Shown in pieces: positions 23,481 through 37,768 of a stretch of DNA of 64,000 bases. A program made the translations under genes and the position numbers. This stretch comes from Podarcis melisellensis (lineage: Eukaryota), in NCBI GenBank assembly GCA_964234715.1, contig OZ174276.1. One strand, given 5' to 3'. Within the stretch, counting starts at the first letter, position 1. Each line of letters begins with the position of its first letter. The notes under the pieces were generated by a model that searched no databases, was not told where the DNA came from, and saw nothing but the letters and a program-made list of their open reading frames with translations.

Positions 23481-23983
23481 GGAACAAAAGAAGACAGACC
23501 TTAATCTACTCTCCATATTAATCAAGCATCTTGCCCCTTTATGGAAGCAAGTCCCACTGCTTTCCAATGCACTACTAAGTGTGCTTAGAATAGCATCATA
23601 AAACTTCCTTAAATCTGATACAGAGAACAGATTAGCAAGTCACGTGCCATTGTTTCTCATGACTTGCATGAGCTGGAACAAACTTGGGCAAGCCTTGGGC
23701 TCACACGTCACATAACCTTACTCCTAGCACCAACTCTTTTTTCTTGCTACATGGTTGAGAGGAGAGCTTTCAGCAGTGTGGCTTTAGTTTCAGTTAATCT
23801 TGGTGTGCTGTTGCCTGTGAACTAAGAGTCATGGTTTATAACAAGCTCTGGTTAATTTAGCAAGCCAGCTTCACAATTCATGGTTTGAAGTTAGCTTGCT
23901 TTGAAACTGAACAGAGTTTATTATGAACCAGAATCCCTTGTTCACATGCAATGACGAGCCAGAATTCATTGGAAATGAAAGTA

Positions 23984-24224
23984 AAGTGGAACCTTGGTTC
24001 TTGAACCGTTTAGTTGACGAAGAAATCGGCTCCCGAACACTGAAAACCCAAAAGTAAACGTTCCGGTTTTCGAATGTTTTTTGGAAGCCGAATGTCTGAC
24101 GTGGCTGTCAGCTATTGTTTCTGGGGTGCCTGCACCAATTGGAAGCTGCTCCTTGGTTTTCAAACATTTCGGGAGTTGAACAGACTTCCGAAATGAATTA
24201 AGTTTGAGAACCAAGGTTCCACTG
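23984..24224. mobile_element. Tigger/pogo-type MITE, 241 bp
   Basis: TIR (a/c)AGTGGAACCTTGGTTCT ... AGAACCAAGGTTCCACTG; TA on both sides. Confidence 0.88.
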
Positions 24225-26582
24225 TAAATGCTGTCAGGGGCCTCCTGCTCTCTGCATGTAAGGAGAAGGGGGAGAGTGTATGAGCCCAAGGCTCATTCTA
24301 GCTGTAAACTATGGTTTGTCATAGCAGTGACATACTTGCAGTCCCTGGTCCAGATATGGCCCCTAAGGCCTCCCAAGACATTTTGCTTTCAGTGGTGGTG
24401 ACAAAAATTAAAGGCATAATGAGAGCAATACAGGGCATGTAACTGTCAGTGGCTGGGCTTTGTAGGGATTACAAAGGGCCCTACAGTTTTCTGGGGTCTC
24501 TGCATTGAGCTGCTGCTGCTTTCTGCTGCAACAAACGCTTCTGGAGCGCTTGGAGATTTCTGTAAGCACTTGGATGATATCACAGCTATGAGCATCACTG
24601 AGGACAGTGTTATGCAGAGGTTCTCAATGGTGCATTAGTGAGGAAGGTGCCGTTTTCCTCCTCATGACTCTCAGCCCAGCACCATGATGGGGAGGAAATT
24701 TGAACAATGGTCACCAGTGAGAGGGAGAGCTGCAACACAGTGAAGTGGGGGAGGTGTTGTCACCTCATGGAGAGGCTTTTAAGCTTCAAACCCAAAGGCT
24801 GATGTTCAGAGAAAGAGGAGAATTTCAGTTCAGAGGTAGTAGAACAGGGCCCCTACAGATGGTGCTTTATAAAAGGAATTGTAGACTATCAATTGTACTG
24901 AAGTGGTTGCCATTCCACCCTTCTCCTTATGCCCCAGGCAGGGGGAGCAATGACAATTAATTCATTAATGTTTAAAGGTGGTGCTGTGGGGGAGAATAAT
25001 AATTGCTACAGACCATTAAAGTCAAGCAGTATTAGTTTTTGGTGACTGTAACAAACCATACCAGGGCAATGAATTAATTTCAATCGGTTTTTTAAACATT
25101 AATTCCAGTTAATCATATGCATTAATAAGATTTTCAAGTTGGCCTCAGTCATGTGCACTTTACACTTCAGCCACACCAACTTGGGCAAGTGGTCCCCAGA
25201 AGGTTTGCAGTGGGACGGCGAGGCCCTTGGACTGGCAACGTTAGCCAGGCTGTTCAGAAGATAGGGGCCTGGCTTGTGAGACCTTTGTGTGGCGGGATGC
25301 TCTGGAAACTTCAGTGGAGAGAAATCTTTCCGCACCAAGAGGATTTTGCTTCTTCACCCTTTTTTGATTTACCCTGGTTGCACAGTCAGTCTGCAAGCCA
25401 TTAAGAGAGAAGCCTGCGGGCCAGAATGTCTGTTTCAGATAGGTCACTGTTGCACTCACTGGGGTCCTTCCTTCCTCTTCCTGTCTTATCTTTATTAGTC
25501 TGTCATTTCAGCCCTCAGGCACATCTTTAACTCCTTCTCTGCTGCATTGATTGAGTATTCCTCCAGTAAATCCAAGTTATGATTGCGACAGATTTTTCAA
25601 TTGTCTTCTAAGCTACCTTGCAGGTGAGACACATGGAGATTTCCACAGTATATATGGTGAATCCTCCAGTGTCCTTAAGGATGACTTTAATATAAGAGCT
25701 GAGGAAACCACCCATTTCCTACAATGCATACTTTATTTCATTTCTGATTTGGTTCATGTGATGTGGAGTTTGAATTGTCAAGGAGAATCAGTGATTCCAA
25801 GTGACAGATCACCTGCCCTGCAGAAATGAGCATTTGTATCCTGAGTGTTAATTCTTAGAGGCAAGGACAGAGTTTCACTTTTAGATTGCAAAGGAGCAAG
25901 GAGTGCTAAAATAATACAGTGCACTGGCTAATGAACTCAGGACAACAGAACAATCTCACTGTGTGCCTTTTTGTTGCAATGAGGGTTTTTTTAGATAATG
26001 TAATGTAATACATCCTCCCAATAAAGTAACCAGTTACTGGCTTTTCTTGCATTTGCTCTGGAGGATTACACATTTTGAAGATCCCTTGTATAGCAGCAAT
26101 TCTTGTTATTCCACAGTGGCTAGTTGTCTGTCTAGGTATTATGAGCTGGGTGAGTAGTGAAGGCAGGGGCTGTCAACTCTGTACAGTGTGACATCCCATG
26201 TTGAAAGAAAATAACTCCCCAGGAATGAGGTATAATTTGAGGTAGAGTAGCTCCGGAGTCTGTTTTCAATTCCAGTGTTTAGTTCTTGGAAAGAATGAAG
26301 TTAGAAAGAGAAGTAAAAAAGAGAGTTGTTTCTAACATGTACAGAGTTCCTTTCTGTCACCACTTGCTGACCACAGCCAGCCTCCTATGTTTAGGATCAG
26401 GGTGACACTTACAAGTATTCTGAGGCAGACTTAAACCCCAGTTTGCAATTATTTTGGAAATTAAAGACATTCTGTGAACACCTATTGAATGTTTCAGTTA
26501 AATTCTACTGCCTGTCCAAAACAGTTCCATCCATCCTTCTACTTGGTTGATTTTCTCAGGGGCTTTTGCCTTTTTGGGAAGG

Positions 26583-26617
<35 letters not shown>
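26583..26617. repeat. (CAT)n microsatellite
   Basis: Read directly. Confidence 0.95.
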
Positions 26618-26912
26618 CCATTATTATGAGCATTTAAATTAAATGAAGTTGTAGAGGGCTCTCTAAAATATAGTTGAATGCATATAGAGAACTTTGGTGC
26701 ATTTGGAGTTAAAGGTGATCTGGTAGAGAGCTGTGATCAACTTATCAGGGCTTAATTTTTAATCATATTGCTGCTGGAGATAAAGTCTTCCTAGAAGGCC
26801 TCTTTCCCCTCTGATTCTAGATATGTGGGCACTGGGGTTAATAACTGAACAATGAGTGAAATGTATGTTTTCATACATTTCATACAATGAGTTTCATGTT
26901 AAGAGCATAGAT

Positions 26913-26968
26913 TCATGTAAGAAATTATGTTCTCCACATGTCATGTAAGAAATTATGTTCTCCACATG
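26913..26968. repeat. Perfect 28-bp tandem duplication
   Basis: TCATGTAAGAAATTATGTTCTCCACATG x2. Confidence 0.9.
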
Positions 26969-28062
26969 TTCTAGTGATGAATCATGGCACTGAGAACATA
27001 CCTGAGAGTTAAGCCTTAGCCAAACCTGGCTCAAGGCAAGTGCCATATTATAGTTGTTTCATTAAAGGGTAACATGGTACTTGATCATAACAGGCATTTG
27101 TAGCTAATTTAGATATGTTACTATTCTGATTGTGAGATCTGCTTTCAAATTGGAGGCTAAATCTAAAATGGTGGTTGATGAGAGATGTTGAAACATGAAA
27201 CACTCTGTCTAGAGAAAGTAGTTCATAGCTACCTGTGATGCTCAGAACTGTTTCACTTAGAGGTTAGGGTGTGTTAAATATATGACCCCAACCAAGATGT
27301 ACAAAGGGGGAACTATGGACAAAGAGAGGATGCAGGATGGATTTGCAGAGCCTTGATGTCAACAACTGCAGCTGCAGTTAGGTGACCTTTCAGACACCTT
27401 CTTTTGGTGGTTCCAAAGGCCAGTATGTGATGTCCCTGATAAACAACAGGGCTATTTTTGTGGTTTCTGCCTTGTAAATTATCACCTTCCTCCATAAGTT
27501 AGGCAGCATGCACTATTTCAAACAGTTTCCTGCCTTTTGTGGGGTGGGATGAGGGGACAAAAACCACCCCCTGAGTCTCAATGAACCAAGGGCAAACTGA
27601 GAACACGTAGCTATGTTGCCATCCGGCAAGCGGTATTTGGAAAATACTGAAATTAATATCTAACTCCTATTGTGAAAATGATTGTGCCCTTGGCAGGCTC
27701 AGATGACCATAAAATCCACCTCTGCCTCCACAGAAAGCACTATGGACAGACCATAAACAGTGGCACAATATCTTAAGAGGCATTTTGCCATTCAGCCCTG
27801 TCAGCAGAATGCAAAAGGACTTGTGTTCTTCAAAAGGACTTGGTGGGTCACAAAGGACTCCTGTGTCTAATCCCTAGAGAGCTCACACCACTCTGTGGCT
27901 CTTGCCCTTTAAGAGGCCAGCAGACCTCGCTGCCGCCGTTCTGTTTCTTTTTTGCCGCAACAGAGAAATAAGGACACCCTTCCAGATTGTGTGTGTCAGA
28001 ATACAGATTGACACCATTTGGAAGCAATTGCCCTCCACTCTGGTGGAGGGAACCGTTATAAG

Positions 28063-28378
28063 TCAGGAGTGGGGAAACCGTTTTCAGCCCAAGGGCCACA
28101 TTTGCTTCTGGAAAACCTTTTGAGGGCCACATTCCAGTGGTAGTGGGTGGAGCTAGAGGCAAAAGTAGGTGGAACATTTGATGCAAATGTTACCTTGTGT
28201 GGTAGGCTAGTACCTACACACTCACACACCCCTCTCTATCCATAAAAGCAACAGGCACAACCAGAATTCAGAAACATCCTAGCCTGACAAAAACACATTG
28301 TGTGTGTGTGTGTGTGTGAAGCAGGACCAGTGAGAGACCAGGTTTAACCCGTAGGTTGGAGGTTTATAACCCACAGTT
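28063..28378. mobile_element. Degraded hAT-like non-autonomous element
   Basis: caggagtggggaaaccgttttcagcccaagggccacatt left end typical of Charlie-like hAT MITEs; right end uncertain. Confidence 0.45.
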
Positions 28379-31300
28379 TATAAAGTGAGAGTTTTTAAAA
28401 AATGGATCTTGTTGATCCCACTAAGTGACAAAGAAATTTCTCACACACACTATTTCCTTTTCTGACCCTCTTGTATGCAGTGCAAGATGTGCCCAACAGG
28501 CCTTTTATAGGGCTAATTGCCTGGTTTCAGCTAGGTGACACACTTGGCAATTCAAGCAAAGGAAACACCTCTTCTCTTCCCAGTAAGCAAAACTTCACAA
28601 TTCAGCACAGAGATGGGAAACCCATGGCCCTCCAGATATGGCTGGACTCCCAACCCCCATCAACCGCAGCCAACATGGCCAGGGATGATGGCAGCTTGTA
28701 ATCAAACCACGTATGGAAGGCCACAGTTTCTCCGCAGTGGATCTAACATCTTGACCAGAATGAAATGGAGAAAGGTTGCATTTTAGTAACTTTGCACGTT
28801 TCACTGGCTGCCTAAAAGTACCCCCTTTCCCTTTTCTCTGGGCTTACAGAATACATTATGCTAGCACAACAGCCCTTCCCTTGTTTGTAAACATTTCCCA
28901 GCTGTCCTGTTGTATTTAAAGGAGATGGGGGGGAGGAGGTTATGACCCCTAAAGAAATCTTATAGCAGTACTCTTATGAAGGCCAAATGCCCATTAGTAC
29001 CTATAGAAATGAATGCTCCTTAATAGCCATTTGGCTAAAGACATTTCAACAGAATCTTCTTCAGTGCCTGATATTTCTACTTAAAAAGAAAATTACTTTT
29101 TGTCATATAGATATACTATAGTTCTTAACCTTAACTCTTATTTTTTATAAGCTGAGCACCTTCAAGGATAAGCTAAAACATTTAAGCTATTTTGGGTCCA
29201 TAAATGCCAGTTCCCACCTTTTCATAGGTACTCTCTTTCCTTTCTTTGAGAAGCATGAGTCTGGTCTCCTCAACGCTTAGCCACAGACCCTTCTTGGAGT
29301 GCCAGCAGTCATAAAAAGAGCACCTCTGAACACATGCAGAACTCTTTTCCCCTCACTGCAGCAGAACCTCACAGTTCTGCCACTGAGGTTTGAGTCCTTC
29401 TATGTCATTTTTTAAAAAGGTGTGTATATCAGCAGCTACATCTCTCATCTTTCTCCTCAGATCTCCTCCTTCAGTCTGCCCTAAACTCCTATGCACCTTT
29501 TAATCTCATTTTAAACCTTTCCAGCCATTCTGCATTCTCATGACTAACACATATTCCCCTCTGGCTTTGAGTAAGAAGCAGTCATGTCCTTTGGGCTCTG
29601 CCTCATATTAGCTCCTAGCACTTGTTTGTTTTGGGTCCTCTGCTTTCATGGATTACTCTGGACAAGGCATTTTGTGCTGTGCTGTGCTACAGCCAGCTTG
29701 ACAGCTCCCGTGTTGCATTAGATGAATCCTGCTCTAATCTTTTGCTGTGAGTGCTGGCATAGCGGAGGTGCCCTCAGCTGTATTTTTCGCTTCCTTCTCT
29801 CCCTGTGTCATTTCCCACTGTGACTCCTGTCTCACAGCCCCTCCAGGCTGATAAGTGTCGGGCTCCACATCCAAGAGGTCGAGCTTCCAGCAACGAACAA
29901 TTAATTCCCCTCCACCCCACCCTTTATCATCTCTGGGAGTTTGGGCCCTCCAGGAAAAGGAACCATGGGAGATTGGCAGTTACTTATCCAGCACCCAGCC
30001 ACCAGCAGCACAGTTTCTTTTGCAAGGGCTGCTTACGTGGGAGGAAAGAGGGATTTATCTTACTTACGATGGGTCAAACTCTGTCAGCTGTTATTAAAGG
30101 CAGAAGCTGTTGCTGGTGAGCCTGATCCTGTTGACCTGGGAAGAAATGGATGAGCAAGACAAGCGGGGCATCCCCTTGCACCCCCAAGAGCTGAAGGAGT
30201 AAGCTTGAGGAATAACCAGACACTCATCAGTATGGAGACTCCAATGTCTGTAAACTGTGAGACCAAAAGGCTGGGAAACGAAAGAGAGCGGTAGACTTTG
30301 AAAAGCCCTTAGCCTTGAATGGCATTTTAAAAAAAGAAAATGCCATTAAGCATTTATGTTTCTTTTACTCTGCCCATGTTGATGAGCGTTCATATTTATT
30401 GGCTGCTATATGCGGAGTACCTGAAACAGGAAGGGGAGTCACAGCTAGCAGGAGTGGCTTAGTGTCACATTTTTTAAGCAGTTTGTGAGAGCTGTTGGGG
30501 GCATCCTTCCCCTAAAAAAGAAAAGAAAAAGCCAAATCCTTGCTCCTGTACCTTCAGGGAATGGGGAAAGGGGCCGTAGCCTTGGTAAACTCTAAATCCA
30601 CAGGGTACAGGCATACAAAAGAAGAAGTGTTGGGATATATAGATATATAGAGAGGTGAATGGTATAGTGGCATGCAAAAACAAGCAGGTGTAACCTAGCT
30701 TGGAAGAACATATATAGTGATTGAATTCTTTTTCTTCTAAGCTGGGGCAGCATGTATGGCCCAAGTCTTTCAGGAAGACTCAACACGGGGAAGAAATAGC
30801 AAGCAAGCAACCTTGGCAGGTGTAATTCTAAACCTTATGTGGCTGAAGCAGTGATCAGTGCATGACTGTGGCTGTATGCACATTCCCATTTACTCTGCAT
30901 CCAGTGTGCTCCCACTGCTGGTTGAGGAAGCAGTGTTCACACACATCTATCCTGCATCTGTCCTGTTTTTTCTTGAAAAATACTGCATTTTGATGTGTCT
31001 CCCCCTAAAACAACTCTGATCCAAATTGAGAAAAAGCACAACCTAGCTGCATTTTAAGCTGTGAACACCTTACGTCTACTCATGCTCAGTTGAACTTGCC
31101 CAATGGGCAGCGGGGTGGAAGTAACAGCCTGATCACCCCCATTGTCTTTAACAGAAGTGTGATATGCAGCAATCAGCAGCTGAAGATTTTCATCACATTG
31201 TGTTAAATTTTTAATCTCCTCAGCCAGTTGCATGATGTTTGGAGAAGCCTCCTCCGAACCTGCTTCCTTCCTCTTTGGATACTGCCTCTGCGGTTCTTGG

Positions 31301-34300
31301 TTCTGGAGGGAAGCAGAACAGACAAAATGCCATTGGACTCGCTGTTCCTATTGGCCCACTGCTCTTGGCTTTTACTCAGCTTGTTTTCATGTGGCTTCCA
31401 AAGAGAAGTGGTTAAAGAGGGACCTCTGAATGTGGTGAGGATGCCAACACACTCCCCTTTTCAGTGCCTCTTGCTTACGTTTTGGGATGGGCTGGGGCCA
31501 GAGATGCATCCTACCCTTTGCATCCTACTATTCGTTTATGCATGTTAGATTAATCCTTGGAGCTATTTTAGGCAAGCCTTGGGCTGGCTAAATTGCACGT
31601 TTGTCTGTGTCTTGTGGGTTTTGGCCAGAGAGGTGTAATGGAAAAATCCTTTAGTGCAGCGCCCACACAGGCTCTTAACCCTTTTTTTTAATAGTTTCTC
31701 ATTCATTGTCTCTTAAATTTCTGCTGAGAAAAAAATCGAATAGCAAGCAGCAGCATGTGGAAGGTTTTTCTTGCTGCCTGTGGGAAAGTTAAAACATGCT
31801 CATGTGAAGTCATCCAGGAACATTCTTCTTCATTTCCTAATTCCACAGATTCTTCATTTTTTAAAAATAATTGCTGTTCAGTACTGAATTTCCCGAATTT
31901 CAATTTTTAAAGAAATTAAAGACTTTTGCATGACAACGGAATGTGATTGGCTATTATAGCAAAATGATCTCCTAATTAAAAGCATGATTTGAGGAGGTTG
32001 AAGGCAGGGTGGGAGAGTGTTTGAATAGATGAGCATGTGCTTTGAAGGCAGGTGCTTACTGTGGAGAATTTCAGCACTAAGTCTGTTCATCTCTTCTTTA
32101 CTCTGGTTCCCCCCATAGGTGAGCAGTGGAGAGCACAATCCTATGCATGTATCTAAGGCAAGCCTCTTATTGGTTCACTGGGGCTGACTCCCTTGTAAAT
32201 TTACATAAGACTGCAGTCTGAAGGTTCCTATCATTCAATCACAATTTTGGAATAATGGATTTCATGCGTTGTTCTTAACTAACATTTACTCAAAATAGGC
32301 CCATTAATAGCCATTACTAACATAGGTCTGTTAGGTCTACTCTGAGTAAATATTAGTATTCAGAAGCCTATTATGCAAGTTAACTAAGCTCATTCGCATG
32401 TTTTCACTTACAGAAATTTTGGCAAGGCTTTTGATTGTGGACAAGAAATGTAAGAGTTGTTTGGCATTATTTAGCAATAAGGTAAAGACAGGGGATGCTG
32501 AGCATGGGTAGAGAACTCCGATTCCTAAGGATACCTTTCCATGGTCCCTTAAAAGGACACCACACTTTTCCCTTTTTAAAAATGTTCTTCTCTTGCAAAC
32601 TCCTGTTCATTCAGAGCTCTGTTAACCACAGACCCCAAAAGTTGTGCTTTAGTTTTTTGCACAGAGCAGAGCCCTCCCATCTTCTCAGCTGTTTCACGCA
32701 GGTGCAATTTTGCTAAATCAGGGATGTCCTTTAAAATGAGGGACATCCGAGAAGAGACCCCAGCAGATGTGATGTAGAGGCTTTCCTATTTATCTCTGAA
32801 ATAATATGGCCTGACAGCTTGCTTTTCGAACTGGAGACTGGCATCCTGTGCGCTCAGAATTAGTTCAAAATTCCGTTGCTTGCAGTATCCATGAACGTAC
32901 ATGCTGAAAATATGCAGACCTGGCTAAGGAGATGACAGACGTGTGGAGTATGGGTAAGGGAGCGTTCTCATTAGTCCTTGGAATTGGCTGCTCCGGAAGA
33001 GGGAACAGCTGGGAAAGGCCTGGCCAGTGTCAGAGCCATTTCTGCTGTGTAGCTCCCAGCCCAGCATCACGAGTGCGGAGCCATGAGACTCTTTAGGAAA
33101 GGCTCCTTAGCACCAGGTGTTTCCTGTTTTTGAGCGGGGCAAAATTGTTGCTGGATGACACACGGCTCCCTGTAGACGCCAAACATGTGACGTAGCAGGA
33201 TTGAGCAGGGTCTGTCTCAAAAAGCCAGTCAGCAAAATGTGTGCATGTTTTGGGAGAGAGGCTCTTAGCTCATGTACTCCATTTGCCGTGCACCCATGTT
33301 TTGTATCTGTATGCTGGGTGTGTCCTTTTAGGCTCTCTGTGTTTTGGGCTATGGTATTTAGGCATGTGCACCTAATCTGTTTGCCCAAGACGCCCCAGAA
33401 TTAGTGGATTTGATTCTCAAGGACAAAGAGCTATGTGGGTGTTATTTCCTGTATGTCAGTGAAATCATGGAATCTTGGGAGAGAAGTTAGTGCAACTCAC
33501 CTTCTTGGAACCTCAAAAACTCAAGAGAACTTGAAACCTCAGGGTCTGGGTATGTATCTCCTGTACTGCTTTGACTTTGTGGTTTAATCCAGCGAGCAAA
33601 GCAAGTATTGTTCAAGGGTTAATGAGCTCCCATAAAGAACTTTGAGGTGTCCTGTTTTTGTGTAGTTGGAAACTGTTCCTGGAATAGACACACCCACTTC
33701 TGCTGTTCCTGCCTCTATTACAAGTTTGCTTACTGGAATTGGTGCTGGTGAGTTGGGCTGGGGGAAAGAGCTGGTCCGCCCCCTGTTGGAGTCTATGGCG
33801 AATGTGTTTGCAGGCTCCTGAGCAAAGTTTCTGATCCTACCACTGTTTGGTTCAAAACATGTTATTCTCCACCTTTCCCTGTTATTTAAAGCAGGGATGC
33901 CTCCCTCCCAGGCCCAGTTTGACTCGCCTGGGGATTGCATCAGGCTATTGTTGCCAAAGTGGTACCCTCCTGGGATGCAGGGCTGTTTTCTTGCCTGGTC
34001 CTGTTTATTTTTATTCTCTCCCTGTGCTCTGCAACCTGGCTTTGGGGAGGTCAGGGTTGTCCTCTTGAGAGCAGCAAGGGATGCTGTACAGAGTTTTATG
34101 TGTCTGCTTTGCTAGGGTGCTGAACAGCCACTCAGTGAAGGAGACTGCGAAGGTTATGCCATGACTCAGGTGCTAGCTGAGCTCTTGGCTGGGTCAGCAA
34201 ATAAACCCAGCCTCTGTCAGGTGCAGCTGCAACCTTTCCATCATGCATGCCCCTTTGCCTCCAGAGATGGGGCTGATGCAGTGATTGGTTGCCAGTGATT

Positions 34301-34974
34301 AGTGGGGACCTTGCAGATAAAGGAGCATGGGAGATACTAGTGAGTACGGTTAGCAGGGCTGGATGCTGCTCTGAGAAATTCATCATGATTGATTATTGGC
34401 TTCATTGAAATCCTAGAGGTGATTTCTTTACACTAGGATAGGGCGAGTTTTCTAGGTCAGGCATGCTGAGAGAGCCGCAGTCAGAGCTATCATTTGGTTT
34501 GCAAGGCTTCATGTGCCAGCTTGGTGCTCTGCAGCTTGGGCTTGTTTACTTATTTATTATTTCAGTTTGTGTCCCTCCCCCCTTCGTCAAGTGCTGATGT
34601 CAGGGCAGGTCACAGAATAAAGTAAGGATATCCATTAATTTCACAAAATAGTAAAATCGCATAAAACAGGGAAAGCATCAAATGAAAGCATCATGCAACA
34701 ATGCAGAAAGCAACCCCTTTACAGCTGGCAAATTGATTCTATCCCCAACAAAGGCTTGAGTGAACATAGACTTTTTTACCTGGTGCTGAAAAATAAGCAA
34801 CACTGATGCCAATCACACTACAAGGGGAAGGGAATTTCACTGCTGAAGTGCTACCATCTCACCTGACAAAACACACTTTCCCCTCTATCTGGAATGGCAT
34901 GAGGACTTAAAATAAAGGTAATAGTCGTGGTGGTGGTAGAATTAGTAGTAGTAGTAGTAGTAGTAATAATAATA

Positions 34975-36480
34975 ATAATTAATAATAATAATTGTATACC
35001 ACCCTTCATTTGTACATCTCAGGTTGGCTCCCAAAATAAAAATACAATATAAAACACACACCAATATAAAAACAAACCAAGAATCCCCCCACAGCATATT
35101 TAAAAGGGCATCAGATGTTAATCAGCCCAAGGCCTGGTTGAAGAGGAACCTTTTCACCTGGCGCCTAAAAGTGTACAATGAAGGAGCCAGCTGAAGCTCC
35201 CTGGGGAGAACATTTGACAAATGGGGAGCCACTGCAGAAAAGGAGCATTCTTTTTTTTTAATGAAACAGCATTTATTAAACCAAGGATGAGAACCAAAGC
35301 ATTTGCAAAATTAATTTCCAGTAGAATACTCACATAAACTTTTATGTGCACATGGGGGGGGGGGCTGCTAGACCAATTTGTACACCAAACAAAACACAGA
35401 ACAGGAATTTGACAACATGAATATTCTTTGTTGTGTGTGGACTTCCAGCTATCTTCACAATTAATCTTTTGAAAATTGTCCCCAAATGTTGTAGCAAGAA
35501 ATGAACAGTTTTTGGCTAAAATTTTGCATAGTACCGGTCACGGTTTTGGAAATCTCTATGTGCATATTTTGCATCTGATCTGCTGCGAGGCACTCTGTCA
35601 AATGGCTCATAATCATTGAAACACAATTCAAAGACTTCACTCACAGCTTTCTCAGCCATTTCTTTGCTGATGTTCCAAACAGCCAAGATGGAGCGAACAG
35701 CTCTGTCTTTTACACAAGTCTGCTGATGCTGCTTCAATCCAAATTTAAACCGGGTTATTTCATTTAGGAGGGAGCAATCACCACTAAGATTAACAGCTTG
35801 AATCTCCAAGCAAGCTAAATGCCTGATATTATTGAACCAGTCCACATGTGCACGGCAGTGATCAAAAGCATGGATAAGCTCATGTGCAACCACTCTGTTC
35901 ATATGAGACTGGTGATGAATATTGTTTTGGCACAGAACAATCTGTGATGTTGAAGAATCGAATCCTCCACTGACACACCCATCACACTCTTCACATGAGA
36001 AGTGTCGATCTTTGAAAACAGTGCAGCCAATATTCTTCATAGCATCAAGTAGCAGCTTAGCATATGCTTTCCAGGGCAATCTGCAGCATCAGCTGGCACC
36101 TGTGGTTCCTGGTGAAGACGGCCTTATAGAGCATGGACTGCTGCTGTTTCCCGCCTCCGTGGCTCCTCTTGGGAAACAGGCCGTACCCGAAGTCATCGTC
36201 CCACTCTCTGCCGGAGCCGCAGCTCCCCGGATCCTGTGGCTGCTCCGGAGGAGGCATCTCGGAGGAGCCTCCTTCAGCCATTCAAGCACGTCAGAAACAG
36301 CATGGCTTGGGAGGCCTCGCCGGCCACCGTAGGTCACTCACCGTAGTGATCAAAAGGATCATTCTTGTGCTGCCACCCTCAACCTCTTGTGGAGGAGGCC
36401 CACAAAGAAGGGACTCAGTTGGGTATGGATAGGTTCATATGAAGAGAGGCAATCCTTCAGGTATTGTGGTCCTGAGCCAT
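34975..36480 (-). mobile_element. L2-type LINE 3' fragment split by the ATP23 retrocopy (34975-35252 and 36352-36480)
   Basis: (TAA)n tail, ...ttgtataccacccttc...ctcagg, cacctggcgcctaaa...ggagccactgcagaaaagg, resuming after the TSD as gtgctgccaccctc...ggttcatatg...ccttcaggtattgtggtcc; recalled squamate L2 3' pattern. Confidence 0.7.
35253..36351 (-). pseudogene. ATP23: Processed pseudogene (retrocopy) of mitochondrial inner-membrane metalloprotease ATP23 (XRCC6BP1)
   Basis: Intronless; ATG at 36281, stop at 35516; [17 protein letters not shown] motif; one frameshift near 36060-36070; AATAAA (35272-35277) followed by a short poly(A); 15-bp TSD AAAAGGA[G/T]CATTCTT (35238-35252, 36352-36366, one mismatch). 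Confidence 0.93.
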
Positions 36481-37435
36481 GTTAGCATCACTCTCAGTCG
36501 CTAGGGTTCATTGGTTCTTTTTTGACCTTCGTGCATTTAGTGCAGACATTTGAAGAGAGTTTCTGTGTGTGTTTGGTTGAGAACAGAAACCTTCTTTAGA
36601 CCCCACACTCAACATTGTCACTATAGGGCTCAGGTGGTCCTGTTGATGGGATGTGTGTCCACACCTGCCCAATGACATTATGACTGGGTGTATACCAATA
36701 TTGCAATCTCCACTAACTTCTTTGTTCACTTAAGGCAGGACTTTATGCTTTAATCTGTTTTATGATCTGTATTATTATTTTTTATATGTGAATTATGTAG
36801 CTGCTTGGGTATGCTCTGAATGCAGACCCTGAAATAACAGTACAGAAGTATGAAAGGCTTTTGTGAATAACCTCTGCAGAAATACCTAGTGTTTACTTGA
36901 GTTCATCTGAACACAGCCATAATAGCGTATGAACTGTTTACATCTATTCTGAGGTCTGAATATAATGTTTACATAGACTGGAGAAACTGAGTGACAGATC
37001 ATTTCTAACATAGCTCTTACATGGTTTGGAACTATGAAAGGGCTTGAGGAAGTTGGGCAGGTAGTAGTCTAGTACTGTGCATGAGTTCCCTTTGGGAAGG
37101 TATATAGAGCCATGAAGAGGAGATTAATTGACAGAGATTTTAGAACATCAGAATCTGAGGGCAATCAACTGGAAGACTCATTAGCTAAGGTGGATTTATA
37201 GGAGCAAGAAGCTTATATTGAGAATATATCTGATTGGAGGTCAGCTTTTAGCCAATTCTTATCACCTGGTTGAGGAGCGTATTTTATGAGTGCTCAATTT
37301 ATTCTTGCAGAACTCTTATGTGTGGGGTAAAGTCTTTGTGCTGTGTGCTGCTTGAGACTATGATCTGTGGCTAATCATGACAATCTGAATTTGAAGATCT
37401 TAATGCTGACTGTTTTTCCTCCACCTCTCTCGCAG

Positions 37436-37636
37436 GACTGCCCGCAGATCCTTCCATCTACCCAGATATATATCCCTGTGGGTGTGGTGAAGCCCATCAC
37501 TTTGACTGCCAAAAACCTGCCACAGCCACAGTCTGGACAGCGCAATTACGAGTGCATCTTCCATATCCCTGGCACATCCCAGCGTGTCACTGCCCTGCGC
37601 TTTAACAGCACCAGCATCCAGTGCCAAAACACTTCG
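37436..37636 (+). CDS. PLXNA1: Plexin-A1 coding exon (IPT/TIG-like domain): [67 protein letters not shown]
   Basis: Acceptor ctctctcgcag|GAC, donor TCG|gtgagt; 201 nt, phase 0-0; the [21 protein letters not shown] signature matches recalled PLXNA1. Confidence 0.95.
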
Positions 37637-37768
37637 GTGAGTCTTTGGAATATAGTTATCTTTTGAGAAGACTGCTTTGGGGAAACGCAGCAGAAATTCC
37701 CTGTTTGCCTCTTATGCATGTTTGGCCTCAACTGTGCATGTATCTGAGAGGAGATCACATGTTACCCT

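Noticed and set aside
35516-36079. 187-aa ORF as a functional ATP23 gene
   Set aside because: Frameshifted from its ATG-containing 5' part, intronless, with poly(A) and TSD; called a pseudogene.
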